Made by a program: the position numbers and the translations under genes. Shown here in pieces: positions 38,880 to 49,640 of a DNA stretch of 64,000 bases (positions within the stretch are counted from its first letter, which is position 1; every line of letters starts with the position of its first letter). The notes under the pieces were generated by a model, which searched no databases, was not told the DNA's origin, and saw only the letters and a list, made by a program, of their open reading frames with translations. The DNA lies in the NCBI GenBank assembly GCA_024137785.1, contig JAHRHZ010000020.1, positions 51,732,234 through 51,796,233 of the forward strand, read 5' to 3'. The stretch comes from Ginglymostoma cirratum. Lineage: Eukaryota.

Positions 38880-40455
38880 CTCCTCAATCATGAACAATTT
38901 TCTCTTCATCACCTTCTCTCTGCTCAGTCCTCAATCATCTTATCCCCTTGTTCCCATCGTCCCTCCTAAATTCATCATTTCCACCTCCCCCAACCTTACC
39001 CTGCACATCCCACATCCCTTTCCATTCACCAAATTTCCTCCCTCAACACCGCTCTCCATCACCAACAGCACCTCCGTTCAGCAATCTGCACTCAGTCAAC
39101 TCTCCTCCCTGTAACACCTCTTCCCTTTACTCCACATGTCTCTTCCATCCTCCCCTACCCTCCTCCTCCAATCTCCACTCCCCATGCCCTTCTTACTCTA
39201 CCCTCCACCACTTCCCCTCTCTGTCCCATCCCATTTCCCAATGACACCCACTCCAACCTCAACCTCTCCTGGCTATACATCTCTGCTCCCGCCAAAACTT
39301 CCTTGACCTCCAAGTCCTCCTTTTCAAATCCCACGTCAACATCCTTTCTCGCCTCCCCACCAATCCTCCTCTCTCCTCTATGTCCATACTCACCAAAATA
39401 CACCCTCCCATTCCACCCACACCCTCACCTCCCTCTCCTCACCCCAGTCCCACTTCCCACCCCTCCCCTCCTGACCCTCCCATATCCCTACCCCATTACG
39501 TCCCATTTCCCCACTCCTCCCCAACCCGTTTCTACCCTCAATTTCTCCCCTATCCCATTCCAATTCCTCTCCATTTCTCCATTCCACTCCTACCCTTCCC
39601 ATCTTCCCCTCCACTCTTTCCCATTTCCCCTCTCCCTCCACATACCCATCGCCTCCATCACATGCTCTCTCCAACTCTGTCCTCCCATCCCATGCCCCCT
39701 CACTCACTCACCCACCCACCAAACCCCCTCCAAAGCTTAGCCTACCATTCTTAGCCTCTAAACATTCCCACTCCCCTCCTACCCATGCCCAGTCATCTCC
39801 AGCTGCCTCCTCATGTTCCCAGCCCCTCATCTCATCCCCTCTCATTACTCACACCAATACCACCTAAAGTTTCTGCCCCATGCTTCCAGTTACCCCTCCA
39901 ATTGCCCCACTTCTCCCCCATGCTCCTTCAGGTGGTCACTATTGTCCCTCCTCAGTTAGTGCCCCATGCTCCCCCATTTGCCCCCCGAGTACCACCCTAT
40001 ATCCCCAGTGCTTCCCCATAACTTGTTTGCCCCCTGTTCAGTACCATTCCCTGCCCCAAGTTCCCCCCATGCCCCCCTCATTTGCCCTGTCAGTTCTTTC
40101 CTCACTGCCCCCTCATTTGTCCTCTCCTCAGTTACTCCCCACGCCCCCTCAGTTGCCCCCCCAGCCCTCACCCAGTTGCCCCCTCCTCAGTTACTGTCCC
40201 ATGGCCCCTCACTTGCCTCTTCTTCAGATTCTCCTCCATGTCCCCCAGCCACTGCCCAGGTGCCCCCTCTTCAGCTTGTGCCCCCTCCGTTGACCCTAGC
40301 CCCCATCCAGTTGCCCCCTCCTCAATTACTGTCCCATGCCCACTCAGTTGCCCCCTCTTCAGATTGTGCCCACTCAGTTGCCCCTAGCCCTCACCCAGGT
40401 GCCCCCCCCCCCTCAGTTACTGTCCCATGTTTCCACCCCCCAATTGCCCCCCCAG
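38880..40455. repeat. C-rich low-complexity tract with a degenerate minisatellite in intron 1
   Basis: The plus strand has almost no G from ~38900 to 39800. From ~40060 to 40450 the units cagttgcccc and cagttactgtcccatg recur. Confidence 0.85.
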
Positions 40456-40460
40456 CTCAC

Positions 40461-41180
40461 CTTGCAGCAGGCGGCAATGTTCTTGCTGATGCTGCTGATG
40501 TGAGCCATGTAATGGTTGAACTTCTTCTGGTAGCGGAGGGCGGTGAGCTGCACCTCGCTCTGCAGCGCCGAGACCTGTGCGAGCAGCGCCTGCTCCCGGT
40601 GGCCGGCCCGGACCGCCTGCTTCTTGAGCTCCCGGGCCAAGCCGGCGGCCCGCCGCTGCAGCGAGCCAGCCCGGGCGCGGAGAGCAGCCACACAGCAGTG
40701 AGTGCCTCCGGCCGGCGTCACGTCCCGGTGCAGCAGCACCAGCCCGCAGCCTTGCTCGCAGATCCCCACCGGGCGGCATTCGCAGCTCTCCCTCATGTGG
40801 AAGTCCATGTCCTTCAGGCTGAGAACCTCCTGGCAGCCCTGGTGCCGGCACCGAGCCGGGCTGTAGTCACACATCTCCACATGCTCGGCCAGCTTCTGTA
40901 AGCTCACCACCTTCCCGCAGCCCCGGGACCGGTAATCACACTTAATGTCCAGCTTGGAGATGAGGTTACGCAGAGCCAGGACGTGGTTCAGTTCCTTGGT
41001 GGACATCCTCTGGCACTGGACAGGGCACATGCCTTTCTGCACGACCCAAGGCAGCACACAGCCCGCACAGAAGACATGACCGCACGGTGTGGTCAAGGGA
41101 TCCTCCAGGACCTTGTTGCACAGGTTGCACTTCAGGTCAGGGTCCACCTCCTCGTTAAAACGATCCAACTCGAACCCCAT
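40461..41180 (-). CDS. PDZRN4: PDZ domain-containing RING finger protein (PDZRN4-like), coding exon 1: RING, TRAF-type Zn finger, coiled coil
   Basis: [48 protein letters not shown]...[29 protein letters not shown] is the PDZRN3/4 N-terminus. Kozak context gagATGG. Donor AAG|GTGAGC at 40461/40460 gives 720 nt (240 codons), phase 0. Family call is secure; PDZRN4 over PDZRN3 rests on recalled diagnostic residues. Confidence 0.9.
40480..41000. promoter_or_regulatory. CpG-island-like segment over coding exon 1
   Basis: Dense CpG and high GC (e.g. gccggcggcccgccgctgcagcgagccagcccgggcgcgg) against a CpG-poor background. Confidence 0.7.
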
Positions 41181-41470
41181 CTCTGTGTGTGTGTGTTTGT
41201 CTCTCTCTCAAATCTAGTCTAGAGGAGAGTTAAGTCCTCTCATTGGCAGCCAGTGCGCTCTGAGAAGTTGCGGGGGGGTGGGTGGAAATAAAGTGACTGC
41301 GAGTGGAGTTGCAGAACTCCAGTCTGGAGTCTCCCAGTCCGGCTGGTCTGTTTGTGTGCGCTGCCAGTGTCAGCAAGAACAGCTGTAATCCACAAGTCCT
41401 CCCGCCGTATTCCACCTAAAACTGCCCTCCCCCGAAATCAGGTCCGGCTCCGGAATCTGAAAGACAGGGA
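41181..41470 (-). promoter_or_regulatory. Putative 5' UTR and proximal promoter of the PDZRN4-like gene
   Basis: Unique, moderately CpG-containing sequence directly upstream of the ATG, with CCAAT at 41246-41242 (minus). The TSS cannot be placed from sequence. Confidence 0.45.
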
Positions 41471-41841
41471 AAGAGAGAAAGAAAGAGATCGATCACTCAC
41501 TGTTCCGTTTAGTACAGAATTCACACTTAACAGCAGCCACCAACAGCTTTAAAAAAGAACGACAACTCGCTCCACACACACACATTGGAGAAACTCCAAA
41601 CTCCCAGCCCACACTTAATTTCCCTTTCTCCACACCCCCACCCTTACAAGTCCAATATCACCCTTTCTCTCTTTCCCCACCCTCATACATTTCTGACCTC
41701 TTCCCTCTCACCCAACAAGTACAGAGCTCTGCTCACCTCAAGGGCCAGTTCTACGTCTGCATTTGTAAAATGGTGCCTCTCTCTCCTTTTTCTTGGCCTG
41801 CCCTGTATTTTGTGGTTTAACTGAATCCACACAGCACTCAA

Positions 41842-41932
41842 GAGATAAGGGTCTAGGCCCGAAATGTCAGGCTTTCCTGCTCCTATGATGCTGCTTGGCC
41901 TGCTGTGTTCATCCAGCTCTACACCTTGCTAT
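41842..41932 (+). mobile_element. Short hammerhead-type element, subfamily A, with 16-bp TSD
   Basis: aagggtctaggcccgaaatgtcagg...; tccacacagcactcaa at 41826-41841 and 41933-41948. Confidence 0.88.
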
Positions 41933-42214
41933 TCCACACAGCACTCAATTGGCATCAGATGACCAAAGATCATGGAGTTCCCTGACAGCCGAGTGAGTTG
42001 GTCACTGCTGAGTAAAACCCACTCGATACCCCCGTGAACAGATTAGTCGGTGTAATTGATGTCAGTGCCCCCCGGGCCAGAGAAAGGCAACCTGACCATT
42101 GTTCCTGTTCCAGATTCTCACCTAATTCCCCTGTTGGAAGTTGCCAACAGTTGAGTGATATCACTAGCAGTTGAACCAGCAGACAAGCTCACTGGCAGCT
42201 CAACACAGAGAACA

Positions 42215-42345
42215 GAGATGAAGATTCATCTCGAATTGAAACATTTTAGCTTGCTCTCTCTCCATGGATACTGCCTGACCTGCTGTGATCTCCAGCATTT
42301 GTTGTTTGCAGTACAGATTCTGGCTTCTGCAGTAATTTGCTCCCA
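42215..42345 (+). mobile_element. Divergent short hammerhead-type element
   Basis: gatgaagattcatctcgaattgaaacatt...gatactgcctgacctgctgtgatctccagcatttgttgttt...tctgcagt. Confidence 0.6.
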
Positions 42346-42734
42346 CCTTTAATAGTAGCATTATGTGCCATCTACGAAATGCACCGCAGGAACACTTCAC
42401 AGCTCCTTTGATGTCACCTCTTAGATCTGCAATATCTATCACCGGGAAAGTGAAGGGCACCACCGCCATAATGGCGGTCCAAAACATTTACATTCCTGTC
42501 ATGGAATTATACCACCATTCCTTCACTCAGTCGCTGAATCAGTATCCAGGAACTCCCTCTCAAAGAGCACTGGGAATGTCAATACTACACCACAAAGACA
42601 GGAGCAGTCCAGTAAGGTGGTTCACCATCACCTTCAGTCTGGACAATAAATGTTGGGCTACCCAACATCATGGAAATTTTTTAAAAGGCACCAGATGCAA
42701 TGTGAAAGTTATTGGTCACAAAATGAAAAGGACA

Positions 42735-43190
42735 GTGTCACCAAGGATTCTGAGTGATAGGGAACTGGGACTGGGTCAATGAATGTTTTTCAGGTTGGAG
42801 AAAGTATTGCAGTGGCATTCCCAGGGATCAGTATTGGGACCCTTGATGGTTTTGGTACAAAACGAACGGCCCAGAGCCAAGTGTACAGTACACGATTTCG
42901 CGTTTTGCAGATGATACAAAAATTGAAACTGTTGTGAGCTTTGAGGATGAATACCGCACAGCTTCAAAATGACAGACAGGATAGCACAACGGGCACGAGA
43001 TGAAATATAATGAAAAGAAGCATGAAGTGATTCAGAGACAGTGAGGACTGCAGATGCTGGAAGCCAGAGCCAAGAGGTGTGAAGCTGGAAAAGCACAGCA
43101 GGTCAGACAGCATCCGAGGAGCAGGAAATTAAAGGGTTCAGTTCTGAAATGAATGCAAAAGCAGAGGTACTGGGTTATGTATTTACATAA
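42735..43190 (+). mobile_element. CR1 RT fragment
   Basis: agtggcattcccagggatcagtattgggaccc (SGIPQGSVLGP) and tttgcagatgatacaaaa (FADDTK). Confidence 0.75.
43032..43128 (-). mobile_element. Short element of the same family inserted in a CR1 fragment
   Basis: actgcagatgctggaag...gctggaaaagcacagcaggtcagacagcatccgaggagcaggaaa; hammerhead core absent. Confidence 0.75.
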
Positions 43191-43456
43191 TCGAGCTGAG
43201 TTAGTAGCTTCTCTAAAGGTCTCATGAAGAGACATTAACTAAAGAAAATGGCTTTGCCTAAGTGCAGAAATTTGCCAAAAAGAAGTTGATTAAAGTTGAA
43301 CAAGGAGCTTTAGTGTAGAAATAGGGGGTGATGCTTCACTCAGGGTTGAGTATCTGTAAGGTTATTGTTGGAGTAAAAGTTTGAATGTCAGTCATTTATA
43401 ATAAGGCTGTTTCAAATAGCTCTTTCATAGTTTGTGCACAATACACTTTTAAATTC

Positions 43457-43596
43457 CAACTGAGGAAGGGATGTTTTTCATCCTTTCATTCACCCTTCTG
43501 AGGAAGGGTCACCGGACCCGAAACGTTAACTCCGTTTTCTCCTCCGCGGATGCTGCCAGACCTGCTGAGCTTTTCCAGCAACTTTGTTTTTGGTCC
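43457..43596 (+). mobile_element. Short hammerhead-type element, subfamily B, with 14-bp TSD
   Basis: Intact core. acacttttaaattc at 43443-43456 and 43597-43610. ctgaggaaggg is duplicated at 43460 and 43498. Confidence 0.9.
43498..43527 (+). ncRNA. Minimal hammerhead ribozyme motif, best-preserved core
   Basis: CTGAGGA (43498-43504), extra A, stem II GGGTC-ACCG-GACCC (perfect 5 bp plus tetraloop), GAAAC, GTT. Activity not shown. Confidence 0.7.
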
Positions 43597-43779
43597 ACAC
43601 TTTTAAATTCTTTTCTTGTCGGCACATCAGCAGCCATTTCTGAATATGCTCAGTGACTGATCACCTTATGAAACAAAAGGCAAAAATAAAACTTAAGGTT
43701 TATCAAACCAGGTTTCACTCTGGGATCTGACTTGTTCAGTATTACCTGTCAGTTGGGCCTACAACAAGAGGCAAAAGGA

Positions 43780-44295
43780 TTGTGATCTGAAAAGGAACAG
43801 TCACTAGGGTTGTACGGTAAGGACCCAGGAACGGCATTAGAATTGCTCATTTGGAGAGTGGGTACAAACATGACGGGCTGAAAGTCCTCATTCTGTTCTG
43901 CAACAATTCCACACACAGGATCCTGGGCTTTATAAATGGGACCAAAAACACAAAAGTAAGGAAGTTAACATTAAATCTGTACAAATACAGATTAAATTGC
44001 AGGGTGCTGGAGAAACTCAGCAGGTCTGGCAGGATCGAGAGAGAAACAGGGTTAAAGTTTTGAGTCTAGCACGACTTTTTTTCGACATAACAAAATAGCG
44101 TTTGGCTCCAGCTGGAGTATTACACTTAGTCCTGCACACCAGACTTAGGAAGGGGCATAAAGATTTTCGGCAGGGAGCAGAAAAGATTTCAAAACTGGTT
44201 CCGGCGTTGAGGAACTTCAATCAAATGAACAGATTTGAGAAGCTGGGACTGATATTCCAGAAGAGAAGATGGAGAAGAGATATGATAGAAACAGA
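43780..44295 (+). mobile_element. CR1 3' fragments
   Basis: RFEKLGLIFQKRRWRRDMIE remnant; cagctggagtatt. Confidence 0.6.
43993..44085 (-). mobile_element. Short element, subfamily B-like, inserted in a CR1 fragment
   Basis: tgctggagaaactcagcaggtctggcag...gagaaacagggttaaagttt. Confidence 0.7.
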
Positions 44296-46269
44296 AGAGG
44301 TCGAAAAAGAGACTTTAAAAATGTTTATTTCCCAAATTGCTTCAAGTGGTTTAAGATTTGTAATGTATGTACACTTGTTGAGGAACCGATAACAGAAATT
44401 TGACTTAGCTTGGCGTCTTTTAAGAACTCGTCTATGCAAAACAAAGCAGATCTTCACGCACATCTGTAAGGCAGTGATTGATGCCATTAAGTACTGTTTT
44501 CTTTAACTTTTCTAATGCCAACAAAGCAGTCCTCACTGGAATGACAACCGAGCTATGATGAGCTATGATGGCTGGGAAAGTGCTTGATAATGAAACTCGA
44601 TGGATACACAGTGCCACATTGACTTGAAGGCAGTCAGACTCCAACATCAGCTGTAAAAACACCACATGAAAATAATCTGGACTTTCCAAACAGAGGGCGC
44701 ATATGGAGATATAGATATTAAAATTATGAGGAGATAAAATATTTTGGATATGCTGTAACTGGGTTACCAAGAGTATAGTGCTGCTGCTGCTACAGTTCAC
44801 CATGGTCACAGCTGTAATTCTAACTGAAGCACCTTTTTAAACACAAGACTCTGGAATGTCAATAGACTAGAGTAAACGAGTTTGAAACCCCTCAAAAATC
44901 ATTCGGCATTACGATCTATTATAGAGAGCCACAGAATGTGAAAAATCTGCTTAAGCACTTCATGTGTATATTTTAACCATCTCAGAGAAACCGTTTATCA
45001 AAACATGCTCACTTCGACATTGACACAGTGTACAATGAAGAGATAAGCGACAGAATTTGGGACAAAGTAGTGGCTCCACTCTGATGTGAAGTGATATCTG
45101 TGTACTGAGGCGGAAGAGGAAACTTTGTTGCTGAAGTTCTGATCTACTTATAAGCCCACCCTGGGATTTGTGTCTATAGTAATTAGGGGATTATGGAAAA
45201 ACCCTACTGCATTGTTAACACAATAACCTATAATGCACAGCTAATTATTGTCAAGGGACTGAAAATTCCTAGTCCTGTCCTTTTGGAAACATAACGGGAC
45301 AGTTACGTCCATACTTAGCTTTAACTGCTGTAGCTCCATTTATTTACTTTTGAAATTTGGCACGCACTGCCTGCTATATTCCTTCCACTTCCCTGGATTC
45401 TTGCCTGTGCAAGTCTGGCAGACTGATCTTTGGAAAGGTTTTAATGATTAAATAAATGAATTATCAGCAAAAAAAAAGTTCCAATGGAAATCTTATGCTC
45501 TTATGCAGACATTTTGACTTAGGATTTGGTCGTACAGGAAATTTTTCTGTATCTCAGACAACTTGTATACATTATTCAAAATATGCATTTTGAAAACTGT
45601 CACAATGCCAGAAACTATAAATGAGAAAAACAGCCACTTGAATAATTTCTGGACTTAAAATCGTTATTGACAAACTTGTTTGTGCATAGTAAGTCATATG
45701 GACTCAAAAGCGTGTAGTGCTCTTACTGTAGTCTGCACCTGCTGTACTACAGTAACCTCAGTGCAATTTGAAGAAGGAAGATCCTGCAAATGGAACGTCA
45801 TCCAGGCTTTCCTCTCATTGTTGCTAAGTGAAGCCTGCTGGGAAGTGCGGGTACAGTAATGCTGAGATTGAATTTGCCCGGATAGTCTCCACTCTCAAAT
45901 GTTCTGCCAGAAGTCATGGAAGCTCGCACTAAAAGTTGCACGTGGTGCAGGAGAACTGCCAGCACCCATCTATCCCGTCGCTTTTAGGAGAGAAGGTGAG
46001 GGTGGAAATTTATGCAAGGCACAAACTTATTAAATGTGTCAACATTGGCTGAGTTGGAAGTAGCTCCCTTCTCCCAGAAGTCCTAAGGGTAAGGGTTCAG
46101 TGCTGTTTCAGAGGCACCTTGCTGCAGAGTGGTGTTAGGCATACTGAAGCCATAAACAGCCCATTTGATCAATTTTGTTGCTGTTTGAGAGATTTATATG
46201 GCGTTCACCTTTTCCCCTCACGTGACAATAGAGATTAAATTTCAAAAGAAGCATTTTGTCAAAATGGTG

Positions 46270-46820
46270 AGAGATCGCAGAGCTCTGCGACTCAATAGAT
46301 CTGGGCTGCCGTTGTGCATGAATCATAAAAGATTAGTCTGCCGGCACAGCAAGTAATTTGGAAAGATAATAGATCGTGCATCATAGGGGAACTGAACACA
46401 AAGTAGGAAGGTTGTCCTTAAGTTACACAGGGAATTGGCGAGATCTCCTCTGGTATAACTGCATACGGTATTGATCACCCCCTTTAAGGAAAGGTGTCAA
46501 TGCATTGAAAGCAATTCAAAAAGGATTTACCAGATGAAAACTTATAGATTCATACAGCACAGAAAAGGCCCATCAAGTCTGCACCAACATAACTACCACT
46601 AAAGGTGTGCGAATCCCAATTTCCTGCACTTGCCCCAGATCCTAGGAGTTGGTATGGCGGGTTGTCTTCGGAGGATAAGTTGCAACGGCTAAGCCAATAT
46701 GCATTGGAATTTAGAAAAAATAAGAGATGGCTTGACTGAAACATATAAAATCCTGGACAGCCTTGGCAGAGTAAGTGTGGAGAGTATGTTTCCTCTTTTG
46801 AGAAAATCCAGAACAAGAGT
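46270..46820 (+). mobile_element. CR1 3' fragment(s)
   Basis: LEKIRDGLTETYKILDSLGRVSVESMFPL remnant. 46545-46645 looks like an inverted CR1 tail piece. Confidence 0.65.
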
Positions 46821-47665
46821 GACAGATACTGAAGCAGTCCATGTTCAAAAGCAACAAGATCTGGACAATTTCCAGGCCTGGACTGACAAGTGGCAAGTGA
46901 CATTCGTGCCACACAAATGCCAGGCTATGACCATCACCAATAAGAGACAAGCTAACCATTGTCCCTTTACCATCACTAAACCTCCCACTATCAACGTCCT
47001 AGGGGTTATCATTGACCAGAGACTCAACTGGACTCACCACATAAACACAGTGGCTACAAGATCAGGCCACAAGCTAGGTATACTGTGGCGAGTAACTCAC
47101 CTCCTGACTGCTCAAAGCCTGTCCGCCATCTACAAGGGACAAGTCAGGAGTGTGATGCAATGCTCCCCACTTGTCTGGGGGAGCGCAGCCCCAACAACAC
47201 TCAAGAAGCTTGACACCATCCAGGATAAAGCAGCCCGCTTGATTGGCACTACATCCACAAGCATCCACTCCCTCCATCATCAACCCTCAGTAGCAGCAGT
47301 GTGTACTATCTACAAGATGTGCTGCAGAAATTCACTTAACATCCTCAGACAGGACCTTCCAAACCCACGACCACTTCCATCGAGAAGGACAAGGGCAGCA
47401 GACATATGGGAGCACCACCACTTTCAAGTTCCCCTCCAAGTCGCTCACAATCCTGACTTGGAAACACATTGCCGTTCCTTCACTGTCGCTGGGTCAAAAT
47501 CCCGGAAATCCCTCCCTAATAGCATTGTGGGTCAACCCACAGCAGGAGGACTGCAGCGGTTTAAGAAGGCAGCTCACCACCACCTTCTCAGGGCAACTAG
47601 GGATGGGCAAGAAATGCTGGCCCAGCCAGCGACACCCACATCCCACAAATGAATAGAGAAAAAAA
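46820..47665 (+). mobile_element. CR1/L2-group LINE, 5'-truncated, open C-terminal ORF2 frame
   Basis: QQDLDNFQAWTDKWQVTFVPHKCQAMTI...VLGVIIDQRLNWTHHINTV...IYKGQVRSVMQCSPLVW...LDTIQDKAARLI; tail aatgaatagagaaaaaaaa. Confidence 0.88.
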
Positions 47666-47729
47666 AATTCTGCTCACAACCGGACCAAGCTGCTTTCCCA
47701 GCCTATTGATTTTCTCTCGAACCACTTGT

Positions 47730-48808
47730 TCATTTCCAAATCTATCATGTATTGCTTTGCTTTTTTGTGCTCTGCCGCCGAAGCAAGGGATACCAGGCTC
47801 AGAGTATTGCCATGCTGTTCAGCACAGACACAAAGCCAGGAACCTTGCCATGGATTGTCAGCAATCCTCAGTGAAGTGAAGGGAGATAGCCTTCGGTGAG
47901 GGGTTTTTGGCACGGTAAATGAAGGGCAGTGTCTGGGTCTACCCAGCTAGGGTAGACCCAGTCAGTCAATCCCTTGGAGGTTGTAAAAGTTAGGATACTC
48001 TCCTTGTGAGGGGTAAGGAGCTGAATGGTGAGCAGCTCACCACCTGCCATGACTCCTTCTGCCCTAGTGTGGGCTGTATTCCTCCTGGAATGAAAGGCAG
48101 GTACCAGAGGAGACAAAAGTGGCTGACCCAGCTGTTACTTTCGGTGCACAACACAGAGGGCACACAGATTAATCGGTGTTGAGGGTTGGGCTGGTGAGTG
48201 ATTGCAGGCAACAGTGAGAGTGGCAGAGCATGAGCCTTGGTGGAAGGTGGGTCCACTAGTCGAGATGGCGAGTGTGAGGCATCAGAAAGAAAATGTTAGT
48301 CTTGCGCTGGCAGAATGGAGAAAATCATTGACCCTCTTCCCAGAGCACTGCGCACTCCAGATGGCTGTGACTGCACTGACCTGGGAAGCAAGCTCAGACG
48401 AGGCTGGCAAGGTCTGGTTTTGTGGCTTCCTCGCCTGCTCCTTAGGGAATAGGATATCCCTCCTCTGCACCACACAATCCACCAGGAACTCCAGGTCTCT
48501 GCCCGTAAGGTGGCGTGCCAAATTTGCCCTGTCTGCCACGTCCAAAGCAAATGTCAGGAACAGTGTGGGGCAACTGTGGACTGACAGAGCCTACCAAAAG
48601 TGGCACCAATGCCCTGGATGCCAATCAATTCTGGGATATCCTAGCACTGGTAAGATTTTCTGGTTAACAGTGATTGGTAGGATAGGGTTGACACTGAACA
48701 GGAGAAATGTCACAAGACAGCGAGAAACCTCTCTCAGCCTTATGGTGCAAAACTCCAAAAAAGTCTCACCAAGGTGGCACTCAGCCAAACAAATTTAAGA
48801 TTCAGCCC
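47730..48808 (-). mobile_element. PIF/Harbinger-type DNA transposon remnant with Myb/SANT-like ORF
   Basis: 48545-48282 encodes ...DLEFLVDCVVQRRDILFP...RKPQNQTLPASSELASQVSAV...QCSGKRVNDFLHSA, a decayed Myb/SANT-like pattern. Terminus-like gggctgaatctt at 48808-48797. Confidence 0.6.
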
Positions 48809-49224
48809 GATATTCCTTGAATATTACGATTAAATACAGTTTGTCTTTTACAGTATTGGATAGCAACATTTGTGTCAAATCAAAGTACTTTGCTCTTCTG
48901 ACATCTCATAATTTTGGATTAATTTTGATCCACTGTTGATAAAGAATCAGAAAACAAACTCTGCCATAAATTCAAGGCTGTTGAGCTTTTCATGGAAATG
49001 TCCTCTGAAGTATGTGATGTTTATACTGCACATAAACCTCCCATCCCCCTTTATGTAATCCTACTAATCCCATTTCTTCCCCTGCGTTTATCTAGCTTCT
49101 CCTTAAATGCATCTATATTTGTTTCTTCACACACAGAAACCCAAGAGCTCTCACACTATCATGCTGAATCTTTGATATTTTTCAGAGAAAATTATACCAA
49201 TAAAAGGACATTGTTAACTTAAGA

Positions 49225-49640
49225 ATATAAAAAGTGCATTTATGTGGAACATTTTCCAAACTCTAGGCAGCTTACTCTCAACTGAGCGTTCGCCACGTGT
49301 AGTTACCACAGTAATCTAGGAAATTCAGCATCAATTTTATAAACAAGATCTCAATAAACAGTTATAGGATATCGGTTAGATAAGCTGTTTGTGTAGAGTT
49401 AATTGGTTGAGGGATACATATTGGCCATGACACTGGGAGAACTGCCTATTGTCACAAAAACAAATAATGTCACAAGTTCTTGACAGGCAATCAGAGTCCA
49501 TGCCTTAACATTTCACCTGAAAGAGAATCACCTCCAACAGTGATCCAACTCCCTTAGCACTGCACTGAAATATCAATGTCGATGATGCGTTGACTCTATA
49601 ACCTTGATTCTGAGAGGTTGAAACCTTGCCACTGAGTTGC
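49225..49640 (-). mobile_element. Old Deu-domain SINE
   Basis: ttggttgagggatacatattggccatgacactgggagaact...ttaacatttcacctgaaaga...cccttagcactgcactgaa. Confidence 0.55.

Noticed and set aside
38770-40387. Several Pro/Ser/His-rich ORFs
   Set aside because: By-products of low-complexity C-rich sequence with few stop codons.
40060-40450. CRISPR-like or other regular repeat-spacer array
   Set aside because: Eukaryotic DNA; the units are degenerate and irregular with no unique spacers.
40413-40460. C-terminal [15 protein letters not shown] of the 255-aa ORF
   Set aside because: Read-through past the consensus donor into intron 1; family homology stops at the donor.
39966-40901. 311-aa Pro-rich plus-strand ORF
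   Set aside because: Antisense shadow of the GC-rich exon 1 plus the C-rich minisatellite; no independent coding signal.
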